Below, piece by piece: positions 37,388-49,300 of a DNA stretch of 64,000 nt. The translations under genes were made by a program, and so were the position numbers. Source of the stretch: Octopus sinensis (lineage: Eukaryota); NCBI RefSeq assembly GCF_006345805.1, contig NC_043002.1, positions 76,632,001 to 76,696,000 of the forward strand. Direction: 5' to 3'. The stretch's first letter is position 1. Every line of letters starts with the position of its first letter. The notes under the pieces are model-generated. The model saw nothing but the letters and a program-made list of their open reading frames with translations, did no database searches and was not told where the DNA came from.

Positions 37388-37485
37388 AATCCACATCAAC
37401 CTGGGCAGCCGTTCAAGTTCACAGTTGCTGAATCATGTGACAGAATCAAAGAGGAGTTCAGTTTTTTACAAGCACAGTATCACAA
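37388..37485 (+). CDS. gro: groucho/TLE coding exon 2 (Q domain: [32 protein letters not shown] + 2 nt)
   Basis: Pyrimidine-rich acceptor (TTTTCCTATCTTTTTAG) and donor GTGAGT at 37486. The 98-nt exon translates to the Groucho/TLE Q-domain motif FKFT..ES.DRIKEEF.FLQAQYH. Confidence 0.97.
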
Positions 37486-38061
37486 GTGAGTGGGTTTTTT
37501 TTTTGCATATATGCATGTCGTCTAAGTATATATATATATTGTGTGTGTTTAAGTACATAATGCAATAAATATATATTGTGTATATATATATATATGAATA
37601 CATGCGTGTGTGTACGACTCAGTCCTTCAAAGTACGTATTTAATTCTTTTGTGTGTGTGTAATTTCACACTCAAAAGCGCAAATATATCCTTGGAGCTAG
37701 GCTTTCCCTGGAGGACTGTCTGGGAATTTTCGTGCCCGCTATAAAACGAGTTTTTGTTTGTCTAAGAGAACAAGGAACTGTGTTTTCGTGTGTGGCAGCC
37801 AACCCTAAAAGTGCTCGAGTAGAATAGGAAATAAAATGTTTGATAGGCGACTAAAATTTTGTCTTTTAAGTAGCTTAGACCAGAACATAGCAAGGTGAGA
37901 TAGATTGATAGATAGATAGGAAATAAGTAGATGTTTGTGTGAGTAAATTCTGGCCGATGTTGGATTTGAAGGTGTTTGTGTTTAACAGACCTTGAAGTGG
38001 ATAGAGAGCTACAAAAACTAAAACAAAGAAAACTGATATTGAATGAGTTAATATATATATG

Positions 38062-38122
<61 letters not shown>

Positions 38123-38826
38123 GCTGGAGGGTGTTCGAGAGTCAGTCAGGCATTTATTACATTGTGTATTAGTTTCTGAACCGCTTACTTACTAGTAACT
38201 AGCAAATAGAGCATGACAAATTAATACTAGTTTATGGCTGTAACATGGGTGGAAGGGTGAACGCTTCCTGTCGACTTTGATGATAATACTATAGCTATCA
38301 ATTATTTGATTACTCTTCGCCGTCCCCGCCGCCAACACTGCTGCTGCTGGTGAAGCTGTCGTTATTGTTAGTAAATATTGTTGTGGTTTTAGTTGTTGTT
38401 GTTGTCCACTGTTTTAATGTGTGCTATTAATTACGATTGGCTTACGAGGACGGGAAGTGAAATGGATGGGTAAATTTGATGATAGTAATGATAGTGCTAA
38501 TAAATTAAGTTTTCACCCATTTGTAATTATAATGCTATTGTTGTCTTAACCTATTTTGTTTTTCGTTTTATTTATGAAATCTTTTTTTTTTATTTTATTT
38601 CATTTTGTTCTGTTCACTTCTGTCATTTCCTCTTTTTTTCCCCCTCACCCCGTTCTCCACATTATTATTATTATTTTTATTACTGAACTATTATAGTTAA
38701 ACATTACACACTGTTCACCGTTGTTGACCAAGTGACTACATGTTAAGTGTGTGTCCGATTGATCACATCTACACACTACACTCTTTAACCTTCCTTTGTG
38801 TGTGTGTGTGTGTGTATCTATTATAT

Positions 38827-38879
<53 letters not shown>

Positions 38880-39815
38880 CATACATACATACTTACACAT
38901 TCAGTATATTTTTATTCTACTTCTCGTCTTAAAATCGCTATTTCTTTATTGATTTCGTTTGTGTATATAATATACGTAGTCTGTGTGTGTGTGTGTATAT
39001 TACATATACATATATATATGAGTGTATGTGCGTATATATATTTATGTGTGTACGTGATATAAATAAACCATTTCATGATTCACCATTCATTCGTCTGTCT
39101 ACATCTTTCCGTTATCCATTTGAGAGAAATCAATCTCTCTTCACCCAACCATCTTTCTCGATAGACCGTTTTTGCTGTTGTTGTTGCCATTATTATATTA
39201 TTATTATTATTATTATTATATGTGATTAGACTATACCACTTGTGAAATGTGCCGTGTATATTTATACGCAGCTATATTTAGACTATCTCATTTCGCCTGA
39301 CAAATTAATCTACCTTGGATTGGCGGCGGCGACGGCGGCCAAGTAGTTGATTTTGTAGTTGTTCAAAAACCAGCAGAAGTGATGGAGAAAAAAGAAAAAA
39401 AGAAGAATGAGAGGGGTTTTTGTGGCGCTTTTAATTTCTCTATCGTGTGTGTGTGTGTGTATGTGTAAGAGAGAGAGAGAGCTTGATGGAAACGTAATGT
39501 TATCTTCTATTTGCTGTGTGTGTGTGTGTGTGTGTATTTTAGTTACCGCTTAAATGTATGTTTGTTTATTAACATTACTACTCCACTGATATATTGCATT
39601 TTTGCCATTGAATAGATATTTATGTATATATATATATATATATATATTATAATATGTACACACATATATGTACATAGCAAAAGATTTATATATATGTGTG
39701 TGTGTGTGTGTGTGTAGGTCTATCATTTGTGTTAGCTTATTCCCCTCATTCACTCACATGTGTAAGTATTCATTAAGCTCTATCGTGTGTAAGTTTATCC
39801 CCTCATATATATATA

Positions 39816-39853
<38 letters not shown>

Positions 39854-41061
39854 ATGTATGTATGTATTCATCCATAAAATGCATCAGTAATGTGTGTGTG
39901 TGTGTTCTATTGGCTTTCACCTTCCCCTATCTCTCATACTCTATTAATGTGCTTGCTTGTCCGTTTGGTTCTCGTGCGCCCTCTCATCCCTCCTCCTCCT
40001 CACTTGTAATGCTTCTTCTTCCTTCTCCATCCTTCCCTCCCTCCCACCCTCGCTCGCTTTATTCCCCGTCACCACCATCACCACCACCACTTCACCGCTG
40101 CTGCCACCATTTACTTGTGCTGCCGTTCTACAGAATTATTGTTAACGATGTACTAAAGGAAGAGAAAGTGTCTGCAGCGAGCATGAAGCGATGGTGGTGA
40201 TGGCGAAGGAGGAAACACAAGAAAGAACAAGGACTTGTGTGTGTGTGTGTTTTATAATGCGTGAGAGAGGGAGAATGAGGGGAGTTGGATTGGAACAAGA
40301 GCGATACACTCACTCGTTCGTTTTATTGATCTCTTATTCTGAAGTAGCGTTCTTCTAATTTCTCAAATTAACGCCTTTCAATAAACCGCTATTCCATCGC
40401 ATCCTTTCTTTTCATCCCTCCGTCCCTCCTCACTCTCCCTCACTATTTATATACTCTCTACTACCCTCTTTATCTTTCCCTCCCTCTCTCTCTCTCTCTC
40501 TTTCTATCTATATACGTATATCTATCTGCACACATTCATACATGCGATCACTCGCTTCGTGTCTCCATGACTTCCAATATATTCAACGATTTTTATTTAC
40601 TCTTTTCCACCGCTCTTCCCGTCTCTCGCTCTCGTATCTTTACAATATATAAACATAGGTTCTCATTAAACAATTTTAAATAAATCATTTCCCTTCCTGT
40701 CTCTTGCTCAGGTTATGGTCGTTCCATTTCGCCTTTTAAATAAATGGTTATACATATATAAACTCCGATGTTATATTTTTATGACTTATTGCTTCATAGT
40801 TGAATAACATCGTTGATTACTGGAGTAAAATATCTCCAATTAACACTTAATTAACTGCTTTAAGTAGGTCAATTTTAAATGAACGGTTCTTAACTCACAG
40901 GCACGTAGGAACACATGTCTATAGACTTGTGTTTATTACACGCTGCCAGCCGCCGTACTTAACTAGTGGGGGTCGACACTATTTGTTCAAATAATTGCTT
41001 TCCTTGCTGAATCACAGAAAAAAATATAAAAGCACAATTCCTGTAATGTAACAGTGACTTG

Positions 41062-41540
41062 TCTTTCATACCGGCTTCAGTCATTGGACTGCGACCATGC
41101 TGTGACACCGCCCTGAAGAGTTTTAGTCGAACGAATCGACCTCGGCACATGACATTTTCTGAAGCTTGGTATTTATTTCTATCGGTCACGTTTGTTTGTC
41201 GAACCGCTACGTTTCGGTTACGTAAACAGGTCAACACCGGTTGTTAAGCGATGATGGAGAACAAACACATACACACACGTGTGTGTGTGTGTATGTTTAT
41301 TCAATTAAAAGAAGAAAATGGAGATTGGGAAATTAATAATTTAATTATTAACAGCAAATTGGACATTACACACACACACACACACACACATATATGTATG
41401 TGTGTGTGTGTGCATATATATACGACGGGTTTCTTTCAGTTTCACAAAATCCACTTACAATGATTTGGCCGGTCCGGTTTTCGTAGAAGACACTTACCCA
41501 AGGTGTCACACTGGGATTGGACCCAGAAGCATGTGGTTTG
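41062..41540 (-). mobile_element. SINE family A copy (expanded middle)
   Basis: 3' half ~41062-41255, 5' half ~41420-41540. Confidence 0.7.
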
Positions 41541-41944
41541 GATGAATTTTGTGATTGTTGACACTATTTTTTAGTATATTCGTAACAGGGAGCAGCACCG
41601 CCTTGATAGAATTGCTTTACCCCCGGACAAAGCAAATTAACAGCAAGTCACAGCATACATAGAATGACCCCACAGACAATTGCCCAATATGTTCGAGGCG
41701 TAAGGTTGTATTACTTGTAGTCCAACATTGCGATCTACGCCAGTGTGTGTGTGTGTGGTAATACGACCACCATTCGTGGTTCGAGTTATGACCTGGTATT
41801 ATACAGCATATCTTTTTGCTAAAATGTATTTTAGGGACCGTGTAGTCGCGAATGAACAATTAGCACCATCTCGATTCTCTCAGCCTTGACTCAATGGAAC
41901 GTCTGAGACGTAACAGCTGGAGGGGAGTTGCACTCCACCACCTG

Positions 41945-42083
41945 ACTAGTACTAGATTTTTGTTGAATGCGGAAGGATGAAACACAAAGCTGTCCTCGGC
42001 GGGATTTGAGCTCAGAATATTAAAGAACCTGAGCAAATACCGCAGGCATTTTGTCCGGTGCTCTATTGATTCCGCCAACTAAC
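41945..42083 (-). mobile_element. SINE family B copy
   Basis: GGATGAAACACAAAGCTGTCCTCGGCGGGATTTGAGCTCAGAA. Confidence 0.65.
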
Positions 42084-42195
42084 CACCGTGTGTGTGTGTG
42101 TATATGAGAGAGAGATAGAGAGAGAATGTTTACATATATAGGTGTGTTTGTGTGTTCAGGATAAATAGTGGAAAGGCAATTTATTCCGAGTCTTG

Positions 42196-42270
<75 letters not shown>

Positions 42271-42518
42271 CGGAAAATGTTATTCGTTATTACAATAGAT
42301 GTTTGCTCTGTATATTTACACGTCGATCGATGAATGCACATACACACAATGTAAACATGTGTGCTGTTATATACGTACTTCCCGTGTGTATGTGTGTGTG
42401 AAGTGTTCCATACCTGCTCAACTACATTATGAGGGGGGAACATGTAATGGGAACTGGATGTTCGGTTTTTATTGATCCATTATACTGAACCAACAGTACA
42501 TTCCCTCATTACTCTATA

Positions 42519-42606
<88 letters not shown>

Positions 42607-43004
42607 GCCAATTGTTAAGCTTAGCGCTTCTTTTTCGTCACCATGTCTCTCTTCCCTTCGAAATATCCTATGTACTATAAAACAGTAATTCACTTCCTAT
42701 TTATATGGATGTGTATATACAGATAGTTGTAAGTAGATAAATAATTGTGTATATATGGATAGATACAGTAATGCGTGGATATAACTAGCCAGAGTAATAG
42801 GTGTGCGTGTATGTGTTGATAGTTTTATGGATATAAATATTAATAAAAATGCTATTCTCTTCAATTTGTCTTAATTTTCTTTTTTCTCTGTTTTGCCTCC
42901 TATTTTAAATATTTGTTGTCGGTGTATGTGTGTGTGGTATTTTATGAAATTGTCTTATCTTAATTGATCCCGAAAGCTGAAATGGTGTTATCTTTATTTT
43001 GTAG

Positions 43005-43068
43005 TCTCAAGATGGAATGTGAAAAACTTGCACAGGAAAAAACAGAAATGCAACGACATTACGTCATG
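43005..43068 (+). CDS. gro: groucho/TLE coding exon 3 (Q domain: N-LKMECEKLAQEKTEMQRHYVM)
   Basis: Acceptor TTTATTTTGTAG and donor GTAAGT at 43069. The 64-nt exon joins exon 2 in phase 2 (AA+T = Asn) and matches the conserved LKLECEKLA.EKTEMQRHYVM. It lies inside track ORF 42964..43155. Confidence 0.97.
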
Positions 43069-43874
43069 GTAAGTGTGTGTCTGTGTGCGTGTGTGTATAT
43101 ATATATATATGATATATCTATCTATCTATATATATATATAATTTGGCTTCTGTGAAGAAGTTGAGTTTTTCTTGTGGTGTACTTGGGAGTTTAGTGGCCA
43201 AGTGCTCTTCTATATACACTTAATCAACTCAAGAAGCACGAGTCTTTCTTAATGCTTCAGTCTGTCCTAATTTCAGAAGTTAAGTAGGTAGAGTGTAGTT
43301 GGAAATCATATGTGCTGTTAGATGAGAGGTCATTCATAGTATCCCCAAGATACCACAGTGTTGGTTCTGCGTTCGAACCATGAGTTGGCTTTCCCGAAAA
43401 CTTTATGAAGGAATGATAAGTTTCTGTAATATGCTAACATTTTCAGTTTTCTCTGTTCCGATCTCTTTCAAGTTGTACTATGAGCCAGCAAAAATTACCT
43501 TTCATTGTGTTGGTATATAGGTTATTATATATATATAAAGTGAAAACATCTGGTGAACTCAATAGGCCGTGAGAAGTAGATATATTTATTTATCAAAATT
43601 GACAGTCTACTCTTGAGTTTCCCTCTTAGTTGGAGTGAACAGCCCAGCTAAGGGTGAAATTCAGTATACAACCCATTTCAGCATTGAACATGGAGGCTAA
43701 ATGGTGTGTGCGTGTGTCAAAGTAAAATTAGGTATTGTCACTGCACACCTTTCTTAGTACTCAAAGGCTATCTTTAAGAACTTCATTGTCGTTCTCGGTT
43801 TGCTGTGTGTAAAAACTTAGAGAGAATTTGTCCATCAAAACCTTTTTATTTAACCAGTTACTCAGTCTTTGAGT

Positions 43875-44000
43875 TGCTGCTTTGCTGAGGTACCATCTGG
43901 ATGGGTTTAGTCAAACAAGTGCACCCCAGTACTTATTTTTAAAGATGGTACTTATTTATTCTATCCGTCCCTTCTACCAAACTGCTGATTCAGTCACACC
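43875..44000 (-). mobile_element. SINE family A 3'-half fragment
   Basis: Degenerate match to the family A 3' domain (CCCCAGTACTTATT...CTATC). Confidence 0.5.
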
Positions 44001-44271
44001 ATTTATCAGTCTCCATTTTTCCATCAGGGAAGTGTTTTTGTTTCTAAGGGAGGGTAACTATTGATGTTTGGAGCAGGACGAAAGAATTACCATGTTTAAG
44101 TGATTGTTGTAAACATTTTCAATTTGCTCAACACCATGGTTGATGAATTCTATAAATGCAAACTACCTTGGGGGAAGAGGGACAATAAATTTGCTTTCCT
44201 ATGGAGGTTACAGGTTTTTGCCATTTTAAGGGAACACCTAATAGGTTAGGGGCTTGTATTAACATTGATAG

Positions 44272-44490
44272 TGGAGGTGCATGGCTTAGTGGTTAGGGTG
44301 TCAGCACCATGATCGTAAGATTGTGGTTTCGATTCCTGGATCGGGCGACACGTATTCTTAAGCAAAACATTTCATTTCACGTTGCTCCAGTCCACTCAGC
44401 TGCAATGGACTGGCGTCCCGTCCAGCTGGGGAACACATACGCCATAGAAACCGGGCCCATGAGCCTGGCTAGGCTTTAAAAGGGCGCATT
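44272..44490 (+). mobile_element. tRNA-derived SINE family C (V-SINE/CORE-like)
   Basis: TGGCTTAGTGG A box, GGTTTCGATTCC B box, TTGCTCCAGTCCACTCAGCTG and GGACTGGCGTCCCGTCCAG blocks. Other copies lie at ~760-908 (-) and 61545-61790 (+). Confidence 0.75.
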
Positions 44491-44872
44491 TCTTCTTATT
44501 ATTATTAACATTGATACACTGGGTGGGAAATATCAGCATTTGGTCTGGTTGCTGTTTTAAAGTCTTTCAGACTATTTCCAATATGTAGTTTACCTTCCTG
44601 TCTACTGCAGAATTGATTTTGCTTTCAAGTATTGATATGTTTGGCTGGTGTACATACATTGTCCATCTTCCTTTGATTTTTTTCATTGTTTCAGTTTACA
44701 CGTGTTTTTGTGATGTGTGTATTAAGTTTCGAATATTAGGTTTGTTGGCATTCTATGTACTCTTGGCAATATTGCATAAGCTGTTTAAAACAACTTTAGC
44801 CATAAGTATATATTATGTTTCCTTTTGATTAACTTGTGACTAGATAAAGAATATCTAGGGTAAAGTTGTTGT

Positions 44873-44903
<31 letters not shown>

Positions 44904-45009
44904 CTTTTCTGACTGCTGACAAGGGAGACAGGCTCCCTTCCTATAACAAGTGAGATGGAGTCATATCAGTCCTGATTTCAGATATAATCAATCATCATCA
45001 TCATCACAA

Positions 45010-45052
<43 letters not shown>

Positions 45053-45054
45053 AT

Positions 45055-45270
45055 GGCAGATGCTGGTGTCATGCAACTAACACCTGTGCTGGTAGCATGC
45101 AAAAGTACCCATTACACTTTCAGAGCGATTGGCCTTAGGACGGGCATCCAGACGTAGAAACCATGCCAAATCAGACTAGGGTCTAGTGCTACCCCTCGGC
45201 TTACCAGCCCTGGTCAAACCGTTCAACCCACGCCAGCATGGACAATAGACGTTAAATGTTAATGTTATAT
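45055..45270 (+). mobile_element. Interspersed repeat family D (3' tail AACCCA(C/T)GCCAGCATGGA...GACGTTAAATG)
   Basis: Degenerate homologues lie at ~54190-54290, ~59825-59985 and ~56120-56290 (-). Probably a SINE/LINE 3' end. Confidence 0.55.
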
Positions 45271-45464
45271 TAGTGCGGTACAATCGTAAATAAAGTTGAA
45301 TGCCTGCTGCAAGTCATGAGAACCATCTCTCAGGCTACAAATAGTTTCTCAACAATGTTTGAATTTGAAATTAATTTATAATGTAGAATGACAAATATTT
45401 GCTGTTCTGGACTGAGTGAACAAAACACAGATGTCCACCTATCTGTCCGTCTGTTTTTCAATTA

Positions 45465-45930
45465 TTGCACTGCGATCATGCTGGGGTACCATCTTGACGA
45501 GTTTCAGTCAAACAAATGGACTCCCATATTTATTTTCAAGTCTGGGACTTACTCTATTGGTTCATGGCCGAACTGCTAAGTTATAAAGACAAACCAAAAC
45601 AAGTTGTCAAGCAGTGGCGGGGCACACACACACACACACATATATGCAACGGGCTTCTTTCGGTTTTGTGCCTACCATATCCACTCATAAGACTTCGATT
45701 GACCAGTGCTATAGCAGAAGACACTTGTCCAAGGAGCCACGTTATGGGACTAAACCTGAAACCATGTGGCTGGAAAGCAAGCTTTTTATCACACAGCCGT
45801 GTCTGCGCGCACTACTGACTTTGGCATTTTCCGACTCCCAAATGCCACTAACAAGTACCGTTCGGTGTGATCGAAAGCGAAACCATTTGGTTGTGAACTG
45901 AACTTCTTAACCACACAGCCATGCCTGCGA
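45465..45930 (-). mobile_element. SINE family A copy plus an extra tRNA-like head fragment
   Basis: Full copy ~45465-45808. A second head fragment (ACCACACAGCCATGCCTGCG) ends ~45930. Confidence 0.7.
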
Positions 45931-46340
45931 AAATCAGTTTCATAAAAACGTAACACCTTCTGTTAAATACAAAAGTTAGTCTGAATTAATCCTAATCTTG
46001 TGATAGTTATCTTAACAAAAATGTCAAGATCTTGTTGAGTAGAGTATTTCGAGTTTTCTTTATCAGTCTTTATCATTATTCATTGGTTCATTGTACAAAT
46101 CATTTCGAATTATTGTTATATCTTGCGCTTGTGTTCATTTGAAATTTTGACCGACATTTTCGTGTGTGTGTGATAGAGACTTCCTTATTTTTGACCTGGC
46201 GGAAGAAGTTCACCGAACCCTGAGAATGTCTTCAAGAAGTGATAGATGTGGTTAGTGTTTGTGAGAGGTTAAAACATTGAATTAAACAATGTACTCATGC
46301 AAGTGTACTTGCATAAACATACACACACACACACATACAC

Positions 46341-46386
<46 letters not shown>

Positions 46387-49300
46387 AAAATATAACCGAA
46401 TTTCACTGTAAACTGAAAATTAATTCCTGATCAGATGAGTTTTAATTCTAGGAAATCACACACACAGAAGCACTACTGAAGTGTTTTAATTAGTTATTAA
46501 GTATTATCATTTTCAGCAGCTTGCCATAAATAATTGTGAAAATATTTACATAGCTGGATTAGGGACGATTAATCCGATCCGATTGAACGAGAAGCCGGTG
46601 TGGTGGGGCTAAGTTTTTAGATGAGAGTTAATGCCGACTTGTTTTGTCGATTAATTTCATCTGATTCTAAGTCAATTGCTGAGATTATTTGGAAGTTTGT
46701 CGGTCCACCTTCCTCCCTCGTTTTCCTGTTTGTGTAGATAAAGTTTTACGATCCGTTCTGGTTACTGAAAGAAAATCCCTTTTGGTCGTTGCGGTTGCTC
46801 TAGAAATCATCTTTGTGTCGGTTTGCGGATGTGGAAGAAAAGGCTTGTTTTATAACGAACGTGGAAAATCATATGTTTATAAATAAATATGGTGTGTGTA
46901 AATATAATTGTATTTTTGATGAACGTCTAGTTAGTTTATTGTGTCTGATTTTCTGGGATTCAGTAGTATTTTCCATCAAGCTGACTTGAGTGAGCGGCTG
47001 GCTGTTCTATTGTTTATGCTCTACTACTATGTCTGCGATGAACAAAACATACTCAGAGCCCCATCATTCACTATATTGTTATTTATAATATCCTTACAAA
47101 CTCACCAAGTTTGATCTTTCTGGGACTTCATATAACCATTTAAATTTTCTCTTTATAGTTTTCTTTTTGTAAATACACCAAAGATGTATATATTTATTTA
47201 TTATCACCGTCACAACAGAATTAGTTGGAGGGAAATCCCTGAGTGTAACCGTAAATGTCTCCCACAACACGCTTTCTCCTAATGGCTCTCGACGCCATTT
47301 ATTTCATTCCCGGCAACAATGAAAATCCGAAGATTACTATGAAATGACCGATTATTATTATTCGTTACTTTTATTAGATTATTACTGTTGATAGAGATAT
47401 TTGTAGTTTTCCTATTATTTGTATAGAATGTATAGCTCAGTTAGTCAGCATCCTTATTAGTTTTATAGATTTAAAGAGGCTTCCCAGACCTAAAGTAATA
47501 AGTGTTCGCAGATGGTCCTTTCTATTTTTCTACTCCTTATCTCTGTCTCCTTCCTGTCATTTATTGTTTTTCACGTACTAATCTCATACAAATTAATCGC
47601 TTTTTTCTTTTTATAACAATTTTATAAAGAGCTTTAAAATTTCTCCAGTTATGTGTCACAATAAGTATCTTTATGATGGTTGCATTTTTAAAAAACCGGT
47701 TTTGTTATTATTTAGATAAATAATAATAATGATAATGATAGTAATTCTTTCCAACCGTATGTTAAGTGAGGAAGAAAATTTTAAAAAACGTGGAAACGTG
47801 AGCCTTTCTTCCTTTTGTCTTCAGATGTTTTCCTGTTCCGATAACTCATTTATTAGACAAAACATTTGTTTTACATTCTTTGTAAGGGATATGTGGAGTG
47901 TGTCACTGTTGCTAGAAACTATTTGTCCTTCTGAAATCCAGGGGCCTGTTTGTATTCCCGCGTTATCTATACACACACATGCATATATGTATATATACAA
48001 ATATATATATATACATAGTACATATATAATATACATATATGTAGGCATACATTATATATATTAAATGCATAATACACACACACACGTTTGTGGATCTCAG
48101 TGGCGGCACTTTACAAAGCTTCTCGTTTCTATTTGAACAAGAAATAGATTACAAAAGAATGAAGGTAGTTTTACAAGAAAAAAAGAAAAGACGAAATAGG
48201 GAAAGGGGATAGCTGAGAGGTCAAGTTGAGGTCATATGGCGACTTGGTTTCTGTCTTTCTCTTTTTTTTTTTACTGGCAATTTACTACAAAAATTTAATG
48301 TTGTTAAAGAATAAAGTAGCATTACTTAAAGGTTGTTTCATTCAACGAAAATATTTAACATCTGATTTCGGCATTTCAATACTCAAATAAAGAATAAACT
48401 TTTTAGCATTTAGAAGAAAAAAAAAGTTAGAAAGTTGAAGTTAAGTGTGAACGGGTCGGGAAGGGTAACAGTGTTGTAAGTTTATATAATTTCTAAAAGT
48501 AACTTGTTTTTAGATCCAGTTTTTATTTTGTAGCATTGCCAGCCAGGAATTTTTAACCTTTTACAGATGTGAGAAAAACATTATGCAGTTTCTCGTGGGA
48601 AGAAAGAAAACAAAATTGATCTGAAATTTAAACACGTGTGTTTATGCGATGCTAATTGTTTTTAAACATCAATAAACAAGGAAAACACGTCGTTGACTTC
48701 ACACGTACTTGTCTAACCTTTTTGTTTTACTTTTTAGATTATACAAATTTACGTATTTAGAATAACGAAAATAACCCTATTAAATAACTACACACACACA
48801 ATACATATAGATATATAGCTTTGAGGGGAAATATGGAACTATTTCTAATTTTAATTTTAACCTTTTCTTTCAAATGTCTCGGTGTTTATACAATCTTTTA
48901 TTTACATTTATGCTTCTTCATTCTTTTAAAGCCTTGATTCTATTAGCCATAAATTAGATTGTTTTGTTTGTTTGAAGTTTTATAGTCGACAATTGCAAAT
49001 TAGAAAGTCTTTCCTTCATAGGAATTTTGTAATTTTTAAATGGGATAACATGCATAGGTGATAAGTTTCATGCTTTTTATAAAGAAGTGTACCCCAAATA
49101 ATTTAACCCATAAAGTTCCATGTTCTTATTTGTTCACTATTTAAATTATTTATTTATTAAAAGGGCAAATTTCAGGAGACGTGCGTGACTTAGAGATAGT
49201 AGAATACTTTGCGTGCGATTCCCTACTTTCTTGGGTAGGATCTGTTTTTCAAAAAATCGAAACAAAACTGAAAAATCAACCATTGGACCTTTTATCAAAT

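Noticed and set aside
47335-47346. TAC TAT GAA ATG (YYEM), matching the start of the expected groucho exon 4
   Set aside because: It continues TDYYYS rather than SYGLN, has no polypyrimidine tract, and the nearest AG would shift the frame by 2. Chance match.
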